Counted from the stretch's first letter, positions 21,506 through 35,026 are shown. The stretch is 64,000 nucleotides of DNA from Podarcis pityusensis (GCA_964106645.2 OZ067042.1); one strand, 5' to 3'. Notes: a model not told the origin generated them from the letters alone. Numbers and translations are program-made.

Positions 21506-24102
21506 TATGTTCTCACACACCAGTCTGTGTTAACCAAAACGTGTGAGATTATCCAGAAAGAATGAGAACTTGTGACAGCCCTGGCAGGTATCATATGGAC
21601 ATTAAATATGAATATTAAATAGGAATCAAACATTAATCAAAATATTTTCACTACATGTTCATATTAGTAAGAAATATTAAAAATACAAGCTTAACCCAGT
21701 TTCCTTCCCTTTTGCAATTTTTTTCAGGAATCAATCAGGTAAAATACAGATGAACAAATAACTGATTATGTTGGCAAATACTGATTAGAAAACACAGCTA
21801 AGTGGAAACATTTGGCTGAGAACAAGGTAGAAAAGGCAAACATGAGAAACCACCTATATTAAGTTGAATTTAATATGAATCTAACTCATATTTTCATCCT
21901 TCCTCTTAATACTTCTGTGAGGTTATTCAATCTGAACATGAAGGAAAGATGACTAAATAGGCTGTTTAGGGGGCAAGAAATTTGCAAACTTAAGTGAACT
22001 TGTCCAGCAAGCATTCATGCAGAGGCTTTGGTGTATACAATCAATCTGTAACAACACGAGCATGCTTCAAGTGCAGTTCCTGTATTAAAAGTATACATAC
22101 ATACATACATAATTTTATGTGTATCGCTGAAGAACAAAAGTTACCAGCTGGCCTGCCAAGATTCTCTCTCAAGCATTCATCAGCCCAACATACAATGCAA
22201 ATTCACCAAATAGTTGAGCTTGTCAGACGCATCATTTGGCATGGATAGCTATAGATGCCCTTCATTGGTTCCCTTCTTCTTTCAACCAGCCCTTGGAGCT
22301 AGAGTTACAGATTAGAGCTGCTGTTTCAGCTATTTGCTTTGCAGCTGTTCCTGATGCAAAGAACATTTAAATTGACATTAATAGATAAGACTAGCAAATG
22401 ATTCATCTTAGGTCTTCAGCATTTTCTTTTTTTACTTTCCTGTAATATAATTTGTACACATATGCAAAAAGTGCGTATCTTAATATAGTTTCCAAATTTT
22501 GACTTGTGCGTTTGCAGTAGGTTTGCCTGGGAAATGAGCACTTATTCGGGCAAAAACTGGTATCACTTAAATTGCTCCTGTTACAAGGAAGACATTCTGG
22601 GCCACTTGGCTCATGTCCATGAATGTTAATCATCCGACCATCTCTCTTGTGCTTCCTAGTGAATGCTTTTGAGAGTCTCAGATGGTATCTGCAGAAAAGC
22701 ATTTAAGCACATGTGCAAACTCATTTATTTGTCCCTGAAATGCAGCCAAATTGGCCAAATGGCATGAAGGAAGCATGAAAATTCTGAACATGCCCTTTGG
22801 GTTGACATTGGATGCAGAATAAGACTCCTGAGTTAGAACATTGGCATGGAAAACTTGCGTCTTTGAAGTAGCAGTTTGAATCCTTCCTGGTGCCATTAAA
22901 AATAATCAGAAGTGCTCACAAACATTTTGGCAACTGGTGTATCTGTTATGAAATGGAAAGTATTCTACAGTTATTTATTATAGAAAGTACAGTCACCCAG
23001 TCAGAAGATAGGTTCTGTACTTTAGATGCCTCCATGCTTGAGTATCAATATATTTGCAGTTGCCCTTTACACAGTCAATCTGGTTATTCTATAATAATTG
23101 TATAGTTCTCATTATACCAGATCTGACACAAAGTGCCAATAATGCTGTTGAATCTGCTAGTTCTGCCTTGCTTCTTTCTAGTAATCATGGCTTTCTACAT
23201 TCTGGTGTTACATTTGCATGCATCATCTGCTTTTTCTTGTTCTGCTGTAATGTCTTATCTACATTACCGAGGCATTGTTTTAATAATCTTAGTGCAGAAG
23301 ATTGCTTTGCTCCTCCATACATTCTTGTTAACTGGACTGGTTCCAGACAGAGACAATGTTTTAGAGAGTGGCACAGTCATGGCTCCTTTTCTGCAAAGGT
23401 CCCACTGTCTCAGTAGCCCTTCCATTCTCACCTTGCATACAGAGCACTGCAAGCACAGGCAGAGGTTCATGCAGGGTGTTAGAATAATTGCATGGTTAGC
23501 AACCCCATGTGTTGTTGTTGTTAAGAAAAGTGTGTTGGGGGGAAGTTGTAATTTTCATGGCGATTGCAGTGCATGGAGAAGGGAGATTTAACTCTCCCTT
23601 GCCCAGGCCAGTGGCTCCAGTGATTTTTACATTAGCATTGGATTTTGCACCAGAGAAGTGGTGTCCTTTCTTCTAGCAACCTGTCTGCATGGTGCTTCAG
23701 AACTCAAATAATGTCTGAATGTGATGTGGGGTAGACAACAGTATGCTTTTTCTAGGTGATCGCAGTATTAAGTGGGAGAATGTATCCTACGCTCTTAAGA
23801 TTTCTATCACCTCTTTCTTACCTCATAAAATGGGAATGAGATTGTAGAATACTGAGCAGACAAAATGGGCTGTTTTAATTTAATGCATTTCTAAACTTTT
23901 AATTACCGAGTCTTTACCCAAGTTTCTAAACTTCAGGTTACAGGTGAGGGCTACAACTTCTAAATGTTTCCCCGTGTTTAAAATCCCTGCCGTTATACAG
24001 CTAGTGCAATGAGGATAAAAATCAGCCCAACCTAGCCTAGTTCATTATATTCTACAATTTTCTTTATAAAGAGAGTTTTTTAAAAAGTATCTTTCAAAAA
24101 TA

Positions 24103-24105
24103 GCA

Positions 24106-24140
<35 letters not shown>
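24103..24140. repeat. (GC)n(CA)n microsatellite
   Basis: gcatgcgcgcgcgcacacacac..., uninterrupted purine/pyrimidine alternation. Confidence 0.9.
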
Positions 24141-26666
24141 CACTTGAAGTAGAACAATACTCCATGCTGCTACATGTGGAAACCAGGTCTGAGTGATTAG
24201 CCCCAGTGCAGGCTTTTCTTTCTCCTAAGGCTCATTACAGAGCGTAAGTGTGTGGAGTTTGACTGAGGAGGAAGGGGTTAAATTGACCCTCACTGGGCAC
24301 TGCCATTACAGATGAAAATGAACCTGGTATTGGGTTGTTTTTTTAAAAGTAACAACACCTGAATGTGGCTGCTAACTGTTCAATTAGAATGATGTCTAAT
24401 TTAGGCTTCAGACAACTTCAGTGAGTTGGGTAAGGCAGGTTAATCCAAACTTTATACCGGGGTGGCGGTGGTGGGGAATTGCTAAGGGATTGTGACAGCT
24501 GTCCTTGAATGGCTGCATTCATACTTCTGCTTATAGTGAGCAACAGACTAATTACTTAGCCTTAGGAGTAAACCATAAGCGTGAACAAGCCCTGTAGCTG
24601 AAATGTTTTTTATAAACCAAATCAAAGACAGATGGCTTGCCTGTCAGCACTCACTTGAGACATACTTTTGTGGTCCTAAGGGAAGTACTTCACTGAAACA
24701 AAAAAGCTGGCAAGACAACAACCCTGGTGAGGTGTCTTGCTGACTGGAAGCGCTATCAGTGAGCAGCCCACAAATCAACAGACATCATAGCACGATGGTG
24801 TTAATAGTGTCATGCTGCCCTTCATTAAAACATACGGCTAGAAAAGACGTCTCGCTAATGAAAACATTACTTGCACAAATAAGCAGGGGTCATAAATGAT
24901 GTCATAGAATCATAGAATTGTAGAGTTGGCCATTGTAAAGGTTGTGGTAAAGCTTCGAATGGCCCCGCCCACAGCAACTATGCCACACCCACCAATGTAC
25001 ATAGAACCTAGCAGATTGTATACATAGAAAAAGTACTCCTGAAGGTGTGGAATGTCAGTCGCAATTCTGCTTGTGGCTGAAAAGGTCCCTCTGTATATTA
25101 TTGGACAGCACTTTCCATCATACCTGGCCATTGGCTGGTGGGAGGTATCCAGCAACTTCAGGAGAGCATCACATTGCTGTATAATATTTGCCAGGCTCTA
25201 TCTTTTTATTGTTTTAGGAAGCTAGTAAAAAACTGAGTTATTTTAAAAGGTCTGTTCAAAAAATATTTCCATGATTTTCTTTTTAAAAAAAAGTTTTTAA
25301 GGTTCTTCATTGCATTCTGTGTGTAGTGCTTTTTGTTTTTACTGTGCTAATATGGGATGATGGTGATGAATTAGTTTTTCCTGATTTGCTGTCTGCTTTC
25401 TGTTACTTTTGAAAATATGACAAGATAAAATAAAAATAAAAAGTAGATAAAATGCATGAGAAACTTTACCCGAAATCCAGATAAAATACTGATCCAACCT
25501 CACTATCCTCTGTACTAAACTGTAGAACAAATACAGTCTAAAGTATATTGAGGGGGGAAACACAGACCAGATAACATGTGACGTTCATCATGACTGTCTT
25601 ATTGGAGTCAGTGAGATTTATATTAGCCACAACTGAGTCCCACTCCATTACTCTCAGTTGTACTAATCTTAACTCAGTTTTGCTGAATGAATGAATTTGA
25701 AATGCTTATTCATTTCTTTTATAAATTAATGAGTTGTGTTCTCTGCCGCAATGGCACCCAAATGGAACTGATAACAAAAACATAAAACTATAATAAAAAT
25801 ACAGTAAAATACTATTTAAAAAACTGGGTTGGACTGCAACTTAGTCCTGCTTAGAGTAGACCCATTAAAATCAGTTGGAATTAAGTAAGTCACGACTAAA
25901 TTCCCTCATTGATTTCAGTAGATCTACTCTTAAGTGAGATCAAGTCTAGATCCAACCCTATGTCCCCAGAAGTTGCATTGAGTGCTATGGAATTTACTCC
26001 CAGGTAGTATAGGATTTCAGCCTAAGGACAGCAGTAAATTTAAGAGTACATCAACATTGTAAACAGTCACCAGTAAACTAGGCATTTCTCACAACTTCTG
26101 AGTGGAGTTAGAGCCATTATTCTCATCTTGGATATGCATTTGCAAGACCACTTTGTGTGAATCAGTTATCCTTTTATATGGCATAACTCCACTTTCCCCA
26201 CTCAGCTGGAAAGAAAGGGAATGTGTTTGGACAAGCATAGCTGTGGATTCACCCTCCTCTTTCTAAAATGTTAAAGACAAATACCTGCTCAGCTGTCCTT
26301 TTCATTTTTACCATGAAACGTATTCTAGATGTCGACAGAGCGTAACTTTTCAGGGCTCTCCAGCAATCTGCCAGTGGTTTCTTGATGGATCCTGCTTATA
26401 TACCATCTGAATCACTTTTCCAAGTGTTGCCCCCCACCCTCAATATCTGATACTGACTCAGAGAGAGTCTGCCTGAAATGGTACTTGAAATGTTTACAGA
26501 GATGATTTCACTGGAAAATGGACTGATTTGACTGTTTTATCATGTAGAAGGGGAAACACATTGGTAACAGCAAAAGCTTGCATTGCTCATAGAGGAACTG
26601 ATAATGTAAACTAGACGTTCACATTATCCTCAGGTGATCTCTTCCCTCTCTTGTTCTGATTTTCAG

Positions 26667-27347
26667 ACAGTGAAATTATTGCTCCAGATTGTCTCCGTCC
26701 AAGATCCTTCACGGCTATCCGGCGGCCTTCACTACGCAGGGAGACTGAGGACACCCGTCTGTCTGTGAGCCTTTGCGACCTCAACCTCCAGGAGGAGAAC
26801 TTCCATGTCATGGCTGCCATGTGTCCCATTCCACAGAATTCCCTCAACTCTCAACATTCCCACCTCCTCCCATCCCAGCTTGAAAGTGACCTCCGTTTCC
26901 ATCAGCTCAGGGGAGCCCATATTAAAATCCTGGATGACCAGACAGTGGCTCGCCTGGAGCATGCTCGAGAAGAGAGAACTTTGGTTTTCACCAGCAGGCC
27001 CCTTAGAATCAATGAGACCATATTTGTCAAGATTAATAAATCCAACACTTCACGTACTGGGACACTCTCTTACGGGGTGACCACTTGCGATCCCAGCACC
27101 CTGAGGCCCAGCGACCTTCCTTATAATCCAGAGTCTTTGGTTGACCGGAAAGAGTTCTGGGCAGTTTGTAGGGTGCTGGTGCCTCTCCAGAGTGGAGACA
27201 TTTTGGGATTCATGGTGAATTCAGAAGGCGAACTGCACTTGAGCCACAATGGAGCAAACGCCGGCATGCAGGTGTGCGTGGACTGTTCCCAGCCACTGTG
27301 GATGTTCTTTGGTTTACATGGAGCAGTCATGCAAATCCGAGTCCTGG
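26667..27347 (+). CDS. NEURL1: NEURL1 coding exon 4 (linker and NHR2)
   Basis: ttttcAG|AC acceptor, G|gtatgt donor, 681 bp, phase 1/1. Encodes (D)[39 protein letters not shown]...[42 protein letters not shown]...[19 protein letters not shown]. Confidence 0.97.
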
Positions 27348-29394
27348 GTATGTGTGCCTCTTTCCACATGCAGTGTTATGTAAATGGGTGGATTGGGCTG
27401 AGTGGGCTAGTGGTAGCACTAGAATATAGCACTGGGGTGAGCAAAGAAAAGGCAAAGTAGGTTCTGTGGCAAGTCCTGTCTTGTTTGCACTGGATGTTGG
27501 AGGTGAGAGAATGGAGAAAGCAGGGTTGCTTCTCAATACCTGCAGTTCCAGCTAGGGCATCCCAGCAAGACTGCCAGTGGTGACTTTCCAATGGTAAAAA
27601 GGGTAAGTAATTTTTATTTATTGGGGGTTATGGAGACTCTCGCCTTCTCTTTTTTCCCTATTATCTGCAAAATTGAACAGACTGAAAGAAAATAATATAG
27701 CTGACCACTGGCTTCATTTAAATAGCATGTGCAACCAGCATTTCAGCAAAAAAAGAAAATAAGCAAATGGCTTTATAACATTAAAATCTCACACATTTAT
27801 CATTGAGGTACACCATGCTATAGTACATGAGCAAGACTTGTAAGGTTGAGAGCATTTGAAGTAAACAGCCTAACATTTCCTTATGTTGCTATAAAATGTG
27901 AAGTTAAGAATCCAGCCACGCAGTTTAATATATTACATAGACATACTATTATGAGTGTTCATTCTTATGGCTTGTTACCAATGTTTGTCTAATATGACTT
28001 GAATTCCAGAAAGTAGTTATTTGCTCTGAGAAATCTAGTCCTTACTGCTTTATAGCTTCTCCCAAACAATAATTTTATGCCAAAAAAGAACAGAGCTAAC
28101 AAGCAAACTTGCATTTTGGGAACTGTGACTGGCATGTTGTGATGATGTTAATGATTTAGACAGTGTATATACTACTTAGAAAAAATATCATTAAGTCACC
28201 AAGGGAAATGTGCTCCTCAGCACTGTAGAAGTAGAGCACACAGCTTTTAAAGAGCCTTTTAAAAATTGAGTTAATAAGGAAAGGAAAAGTGTTCATGAAA
28301 TGGTGGGCCATTTTTCTGCAAAAGGAGGGAGTATCCTTGGTAGTGTCATAGCCCTTTTCCTAAAGTAGTTCTGGGGTTTTGAGGAGATTCACCAGATTTC
28401 GGGGTCTACATGAATGAATGCATTCATTTTGATACGACTGAGATACTTCAGCAATAGTGAGTTTTTATGCCACAGATCAATTATGAGAAGGTGACACCTG
28501 TGTAGTTGTGTTCACCACAGAAGCAGCCTCATTCCTTTACAAAAACAAAAACCCACCCTTCTTAAGACTTGCAACAATTGTGTTATCTTGGAAAAATGCC
28601 ATTAACCAGCAACTTAAAATGAATACACCACAAGAGAAGTTTGGAAAATGCAGACAATGAATGCACATAAATGTGTCTAATGGGTCTCTTCCTTTATGTA
28701 GCATTTGTTCTGGGGTGCCCCCAAGTTTTGTGAACCATGTATTTAATTTTGTGTTTAGGAAAATGGACTCATTAAATAGGCAGAAATGTAGCAGGCAGAT
28801 CATCTGAGGCACTTCACTGCCTAAAGTATTCAGAAAACTGCAGGGCAGACAGCACTTTAGTGTTTTAATAGAAATATGATTGGAAGCAGCAGCTTTGGGG
28901 TTTCTGGTATATGTCCAAAAACATTTTTTTTATTAAAAAAATGCCTTAAGTGCATCTTAGAAAGGCATTAGCTATGTTAAATGCTGTGTGAACCATTCCA
29001 TCAGGCTCAATTTCATTTTTATTTTTCTTCTCTTGTAAGCTAAGTATACATTAGTAATGTAAATGATTAGCAAGCATTTCTTGAGGGGGTTTAATCATCA
29101 CGTGCTAAAGGGCTGTGCACTGATATTACATAGTATCCTGAGCAGATCTTCATTTTTAGCATCATTTAAAAGTGAAATTAGTGCAAATTGGAATCTGCCC
29201 CTTTACAATTTCTGTGAAGATGGGGAGCCTTCCTTGAGGAGAAACATGCAGTGTGAAGAGGCTTAGGGCTGGCTTTCCATTTCCTTCTCAATGTGTTTTC
29301 TTAAATTATGCTAAGAATGCCTTTTCATCTGGAATGTCACTTGTGAATATTGCTAATAAAGGATAGAATATAAAGTGGCATTGAAATAACTAAA

Positions 29395-29505
29395 GCGGGG
29401 ATTAACAACCTGTGGCCCTCCAGATGTGGTCACCATCCCTGACAATTGGCCATTCTGGCTGAGGGTGCTGGGAGCTAGAGGCCACAGGTTGCTAATCCCC
29501 AGATG
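29395..29505. mobile_element. Older, degenerate hAT MITE of the 6784 family
   Basis: ggggattaacaacctgtggccctc...gaggccacaggttgctaatcccc inverted ends. Similar decayed copies at ~25085, ~41555, ~42800, ~47110 and ~63427. Confidence 0.65.
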
Positions 29506-29763
29506 GCAGGGAAATAATTGTATTAGGACTCAATCCCTGCAACATCTTTATAGTTTATCTGTTCCAGAGGTTTCAGGGGTGTCATTTTTCTTTGCCACTC
29601 TCTCCCTTTCTTGCTTCTGATCCTGACTGTGTTGGTGTCTAATTGTTCTTTCCCACTAGATAATCTGTCCTCTCAGAATAATGGCCTCAATCCAGCTATA
29701 AATACAGGACCATCAGTTGCATTTAACAGCTATTTGCCTCTGAAGAGGATGCACATTCTAAGT

Positions 29764-29899
29764 CAGTGGTGGCCAAACGTGCCCCTCCAGCTGTTTTTGG
29801 ACTACAACTCCCATCATCCCTAGCTAACAGGACCAGTGGTCAGGGATGATGGGAATTGTAGTCTCAAAACAGCTGGAGGGCCAAGTTTGGCCACAGCTG
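29764..29899. mobile_element. Palindromic hAT MITE
   Basis: CAGTGGTGGCCAAAC...GTTTGGCCACAGCTG; same internal core as 6784 and 34338; degenerate 8-bp TSD ttctaagt/agctaagc. Confidence 0.85.
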
Positions 29900-30049
29900 A
29901 GCTAAGCACATCTAAACCACAAAGCAGATGGACATGTGAATCAATGATGTGCATGGGAGACTGTTTCCTTGCGTGGGTCTCCCTAGAATATTATAATTCA
30001 TCTTGACAGAGGAAGGGCCATGTGTGCAGAGACAGGAGAAACCAAAGTC

Positions 30050-30255
30050 TTTTGGTAGAGCATAGTCCAATGGTACTTCCATTGAAAGAATCAGGTGGCA
30101 TGTGATGGGAAAGACCTCTACTTGAGAGTCTGGAGTACTAACTCCTCTGGGTCCCTTCCAATTCTACAGTTCTGTGATTCAATGATGCCTGTCAGAGCAC
30201 ATTATACTGGACTAGATGTGCAAACATCACAACCTGGTATAAGGAATTTCCTTGA
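30050..30255 (+). mobile_element. tRNA-derived SINE (Squam3-like) with embedded CR1 tail
   Basis: ggtagagcat...gggaaagacctctacttgagagtctggag...ggactagatg...ggtataaggaatttcct. The CR1 terminus gggtcccttccaattctacagttctgtgattc lies at 30149-30180. Related SINE pieces at ~33580-33735, ~36028-36130 (-) and ~48025-48150. Confidence 0.5.
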
Positions 30256-30469
30256 TTGCCACCTTTGCAAGTACCTGAGGCTGCTGCATGTGGGTGTGAT
30301 CACACTGTCCTATCTGAATTTATGCTTGACCCAGGAATTCTTGATCACATCAGTTGGTAGAGCACCCTGCAACTGGGGAGGGGGAAATCAATTCTGGTGC
30401 CCCTCCCTGCTTCCAGTTGCCCATCTTCTTGCAGCTGCATGGATGATGGACAAAATCCACAAGATGATT

Positions 30470-30815
30470 GAAAGGGGGGAGAAATTCTGTTCAGTTTTCA
30501 TTTGAATGTGAACTTACTAACAGATGAACTGTAGCTATTCTTTGAAATTTTCTGAATGTTGTGATTCAGTTCTTCAACCAAATAATGTGTATAGAAATTA
30601 AAATATCAGTGGACATTTGCATATATTTGTGCATATGTTTGTGAAAATAGCATTCAAAATTAATTATATTAGGGGAAATTGCTTGCAAAAATGTATACAG
30701 TAGGCAAAAATTGTATTTAAAAAGTGTATATTCCACTTACGTGGTAATGTAAAGAACTGAATTTAAGGTTGAAAAAATTAGAAATGAAGAGAAAGCAAAA
30801 ATTAACAGATTGAGT
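30470..30815. mobile_element. AT-rich non-autonomous DNA transposon remnant (lizard repeat)
   Basis: gagaaattctgttcagtt...tatattaggggaaattgcttgcaaaaatgta...gaactgaatttaaggttgaaaaa...aaaattaacagatt resembles a recalled common lacertid repeat. Confidence 0.45.
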
Positions 30816-33800
30816 TTGACAAAAATGATATGAAGTTATAGTCAAGGGACTTACACACCATGCATAAACTTTATGTTCTCTCCTTCTGTGAGACTGCAAA
30901 TTAATCGTCTTCTCCATCAGAATAATAAAACAGCTCTGGATGAAATGGGATGTTAGTAATAATTATATATTAGCTCCCTTATACATTTGTCTGGGTATAT
31001 CGAATAAATTGGAAACAAGATAGTTTATCATCCTCTCTGAATTTTGATGTGCCTGTTCATGGCAGCCAAAGCTTCCCCATTTCTTGCACAAATGCTGGAA
31101 TGGGTTAGATTTTTCTGCATACGTGCAAGTGACAAAATGGACTAAATTTCCTGCTAACAAGCAGGTTGATGCGTCCAGCAAAATCTGCAGTAAATTTTAA
31201 AGCAGCAAACTTTTTGATGTGCTGTTAGTGAATTAGTGGGTGTAAAATAACTCTGAGCAAAGTGCTAGTCCATCCTGATCTGCTGGCTGTCTTAACCTCC
31301 TTGGGTTTGTTTTGTCCTAAGGTGGATGTTCTATTAGTGCAAGGATTTCTCCTTGCACAACAGAATGTCACCCCCCTCTCCTCTTCCTGTGCCCCCCTTT
31401 ATCTGTTCTGGGGGCTCCCTCAACCTCAAGAGGAGATTCATAGATAGCATAGGGTGCATGTGGGGTGAGAAGAGGGGAAAGTCCCATTGTGCTTGAGCTA
31501 ATCCGTGCATTAGCACTTTGATTTAGTTGAATATTGTCTGTAGGCAAAAATGTCCAAGTTGAGTGAGTCTGGCAGGAAATGCTATTCAGGCAGACATTTG
31601 TACATATCTGTCTGCAACCCATAAAGCCAAGAAAATGAAATGAGTATGAGCTGATGTTTGCTGCAAGTGTTGATGCCTAGACATTAGAGGCTGTTGCCAC
31701 AACAGCAGTGCAGGAGAATGGCCATTTAGCTACCTTTATTCATGAACTTCGGCCACCTGAAGCAGCTGCCTCAGCATACCTCATGGGCAGGCAGGCCCTG
31801 TTGACAAGCGCCTAAGTAAGCATGCGTAAACATGGATAAGCTCATCATGAAGGATTTTTATTGCCCAAAAGGATACAAGAGAAGAGAGAATATATTAAGA
31901 ACAGGTTGTGTTCTGATTCTACCTATGGGACTGAGTTCAAAAAGTAGCATTGGGAAAGTGCTTGTTAGCCCCCTGACAGTTATGCTATGGGATTCTGCAG
32001 GACAATGTTTTATCCCCACTTTTGAGACTTATGTGAAAGGTTATTCATACATTAATGCTAATCATAATCAGATAAAGATAGCTCACACAGTGCATCCCAG
32101 TGAACCTGGCCTTGCCACTGTACCAGTGGATTGAATGCTGTCTCAGCAACCAATCTAGCCCCTTCCTTGTGCTGTCAGCAGGTTTACATCTTTTGCATTG
32201 AAAAAATCATTGTCCAAACTTCATGCTTTTAGCCATTCATTCATCCCTTATTGACTTTCTCAAAGCGCAAAGCTAATCCAAGGATGGAGGGCTGGGTGAA
32301 GATTTTTTGTGACAGTGGACTTGAGAGGCTAACAACCACCTTCTTGTACTGGCTATCAAGTTCTTATTCAAGCTTGCAGACCTGGTGTGTGTGTGTGTGT
32401 TTTCCATGTTTCCTCCCAGAGTTCCACCCTGGAGAAGAAACATACCTGTTTGGACTGAGAGCACAGAGGCCTCGGTGCTCTAAAAATATTACTTGCACCT
32501 TCTTGGCCATCATATGTTCTGCCATCTTGGCAGCTTAAGATCTCTCTGAGCAATCAGCCTGGAGCATGGGTTCCAGCTCTTTGTGTATATAAAATATTTG
32601 AAAATGTCAACAAGCACTTTGACTGCATGTGTATGAATGAGTACAGTGCATCTCTAACTGAATCTCAGCAGAGTCTAGGAAGTATGTTCCTGGCAGCAGT
32701 GGCAATCACAGCTGCCACTGAACACCATTTTTTCATGAATACTAGATCAGGACTATAATGAGAGGCAAAAGATTGAAGCCCTGCTACCCTCCATGCTAGA
32801 GTCCCTTTCTGGTGTGGGTGTGGGGCAGAATCAGCAGTTTCCTTTGGGGAATGTGGGCGTGGTTTGCCCTAGCAACCTGACAAAACCCACCACTGAGGCC
32901 TGTCCTGGATCTGGGAATCACCATGTTAATTTGCTAGAATTTTCCCCTTTTTAGGGGAAATGGGCTGCTATTTTAATTTCCCAGAATGCCCTGAAGCTAC
33001 AGTACACTGGGAACATTATGGGGAATTAAAATGGAGGCTCCTTGATTCCACTGTGTGAAGCTGCCCAGCATTCCTGCTGCTGCCGTCGCCACAAGATAGA
33101 CAAATTGGTATTTCTCTGATGCACGGACATATAACCCATGCTGCTCCCTGCGTATGGAGCCTCATTTAGGTCAAAAATATGAGAGGAAGCCTTTTGTTTT
33201 GTATACTTCTTGGCTGCTGTTTAATGTCTCTCTCTTTGTTGTGTGTATATGAGATCTGTTCTCTTGCTAGGGTGTTTACAATATACAATACAATTCCCTT
33301 CATTTGAACAGATTGGAGGAATGGGTGTGGGGTAGCCTGCCTCCAAGAACATTCAGATAGCAGTCACTGGTGCAAACAGGCCTGTTTACACAGGGTTATG
33401 CACAGGGCTGCAGCAGACCATCCCATGACACTGATAATAGTGGTGGTTGAGAAGAAACTCTAAAACGTCTAAGAAAGCCTCAAGTTTCCTGGAAGCAGTA
33501 AGCAGGATGCACAGAGTAAAGAAGGAACTGCAGCACCACAGATGGCCCAGACCTGACCATACTGTCCCATTGTTTTTGTAGTAGGGCACCTACTTTTCAT
33601 GCAAGAAGTCTCTGGTTCAATCCCTGGCATCTGTAGGTAGCTCTGGAAAATATCTTTGTCTGAGACCCTGGAGAACTGCTGCCGCTCAGTGTCAACAATG
33701 CTGAACCATATGGGTCAGTGGCTTCCTGTGTTGCACCTCCCCATCCCGACGCATTATGAATTGTGGTAGTCAGAGTGGCTTCCACATTTTGCTCTAGGTA

Positions 33801-34337
33801 CCTTTAAGAAAGTACTGCATTGATGGGCCTCTTGTGCACATGCCAAAGACCTTCAATGCACTGAAGAGCCTGGTTAAAACAACAACACTGTTCCATTACA
33901 TATAAACATAAGGAGGGGGACCTCCTGGATCAGACATCGCTGTACTGGAGGGCCACCAGACTTGAAAAGTGGGGATCTTTTGCAATGTGGAGCCCTAATG
34001 GGGCTGCACTGCATACTTGATGACCTCTGCTGTGAAAATCGGTAGGCAAAAACACTGCTCCCTACTGAATTACTTATGATAAGGTGTGCTGTAGCATCTT
34101 AGAGCCGCCCTCCAGAGGGTTGCTAGGATGCTGTTCCATGTGTGTGGCCTCTAAAACAGATTATAAAAATCTGTTTGAAGTGACCCATTTCTGTGGAGTG
34201 CTGTCAGACATGTTGAGCTTGGGTGCCTACAAGGGCTCAGTGAAATTTCAGGCCTGTGCTAGACCCTTGGATAATGACTGTAGCTCAGTGGGAGGGAGCC
34301 ATGAATGGTTGCTCTGACATTAAAGCATTGTCTATCA

Positions 34338-34473
34338 CAGGCATAGGCAAACTCGGCCCTCCAGATGTTTTGGGACTACAACTCCCATGATCCCTAGCTA
34401 ACAAGACCAGTGGTCAGTGATGATGGGAATTGTAGTCCCAAAACATCTGGAGGGCTGAGTTTGCCTATGCCTG
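34338..34473. mobile_element. Palindromic hAT MITE (young)
   Basis: CAGGCATAGGCAAACTC...GAGTTTGCCTATGCCTG with a perfect 8-bp TSD GTCTATCA (34330-34337 and 34474-34481). Confidence 0.93.
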
Positions 34474-34571
34474 GTCTATCAAGCCATTTTGATCGGGTTG
34501 TATGGATGGGGCAGTTTTCTTTCTCCACTTTGTTTCTTTTCAATTGGAGCAATACAGGATTCATGGAAGTA

Positions 34572-34819
34572 CAGTCATACCTCGGGTTAAATGTGCTTCA
34601 GGTTGAGCATTTTCAGGTTACGCTCCACAGCGACCTGGAAATAACGGAGCGTGTTACTTCTGGGTTTCGCCGCTCACTCATGCGCAGACCCTCAAAATGA
34701 CGTCACGCGCATGCGCAGAAGTGGCGAATCACGACCTGCGCACAGACACAGGTTGCTTTCACTTCAGGATGCGAATGGGGCTCTGGAACGGATCCCGTTC
34801 GCATCCAGAGGTACCACTG
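34572..34819. mobile_element. Tc1/mariner (Tigger-like) MITE, CpG-rich subfamily
   Basis: TA|CAGTCATACCTCGG...CCAGAGGTACCACTG|TA. The interior differs from the 10606/21264 copies. Confidence 0.85.
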
Positions 34820-34987
34820 TAGTATTTTCTAATGGAGATCAACAGTTGCCTTCCAATGAAAACAAAATTTGCCTGTGAACTTGGTTGGGAATGGTCAGCC
34901 CTGCTCAGCTTGTGAGCCAGAAGCTATCGCTTCCCCCTTCCTCTCTGCCCATCCTGCCCACCCACTTTACTGAACTTAAAGCTAATC

Positions 34988-34990
<3 letters not shown>

Positions 34991-35023
<33 letters not shown>
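34991..35023. repeat. (AC)n microsatellite
   Basis: About 16 AC units. Confidence 0.95.

Positions 35024-35026
<3 letters not shown>

Noticed and set aside
26661-26670. Tandem acceptor tttCAGACAG at exon 4
   Set aside because: The second AG is 4 nt downstream and would shift the frame; only the first keeps the conserved DSE junction.
27348-27460. C-terminal extension GMCASFHM...KEKAK of the exon 4 ORF
   Set aside because: It lies past a good GT donor, has no NEURL1 similarity, and I saw no nearby poly(A) signal. Treated as intron.
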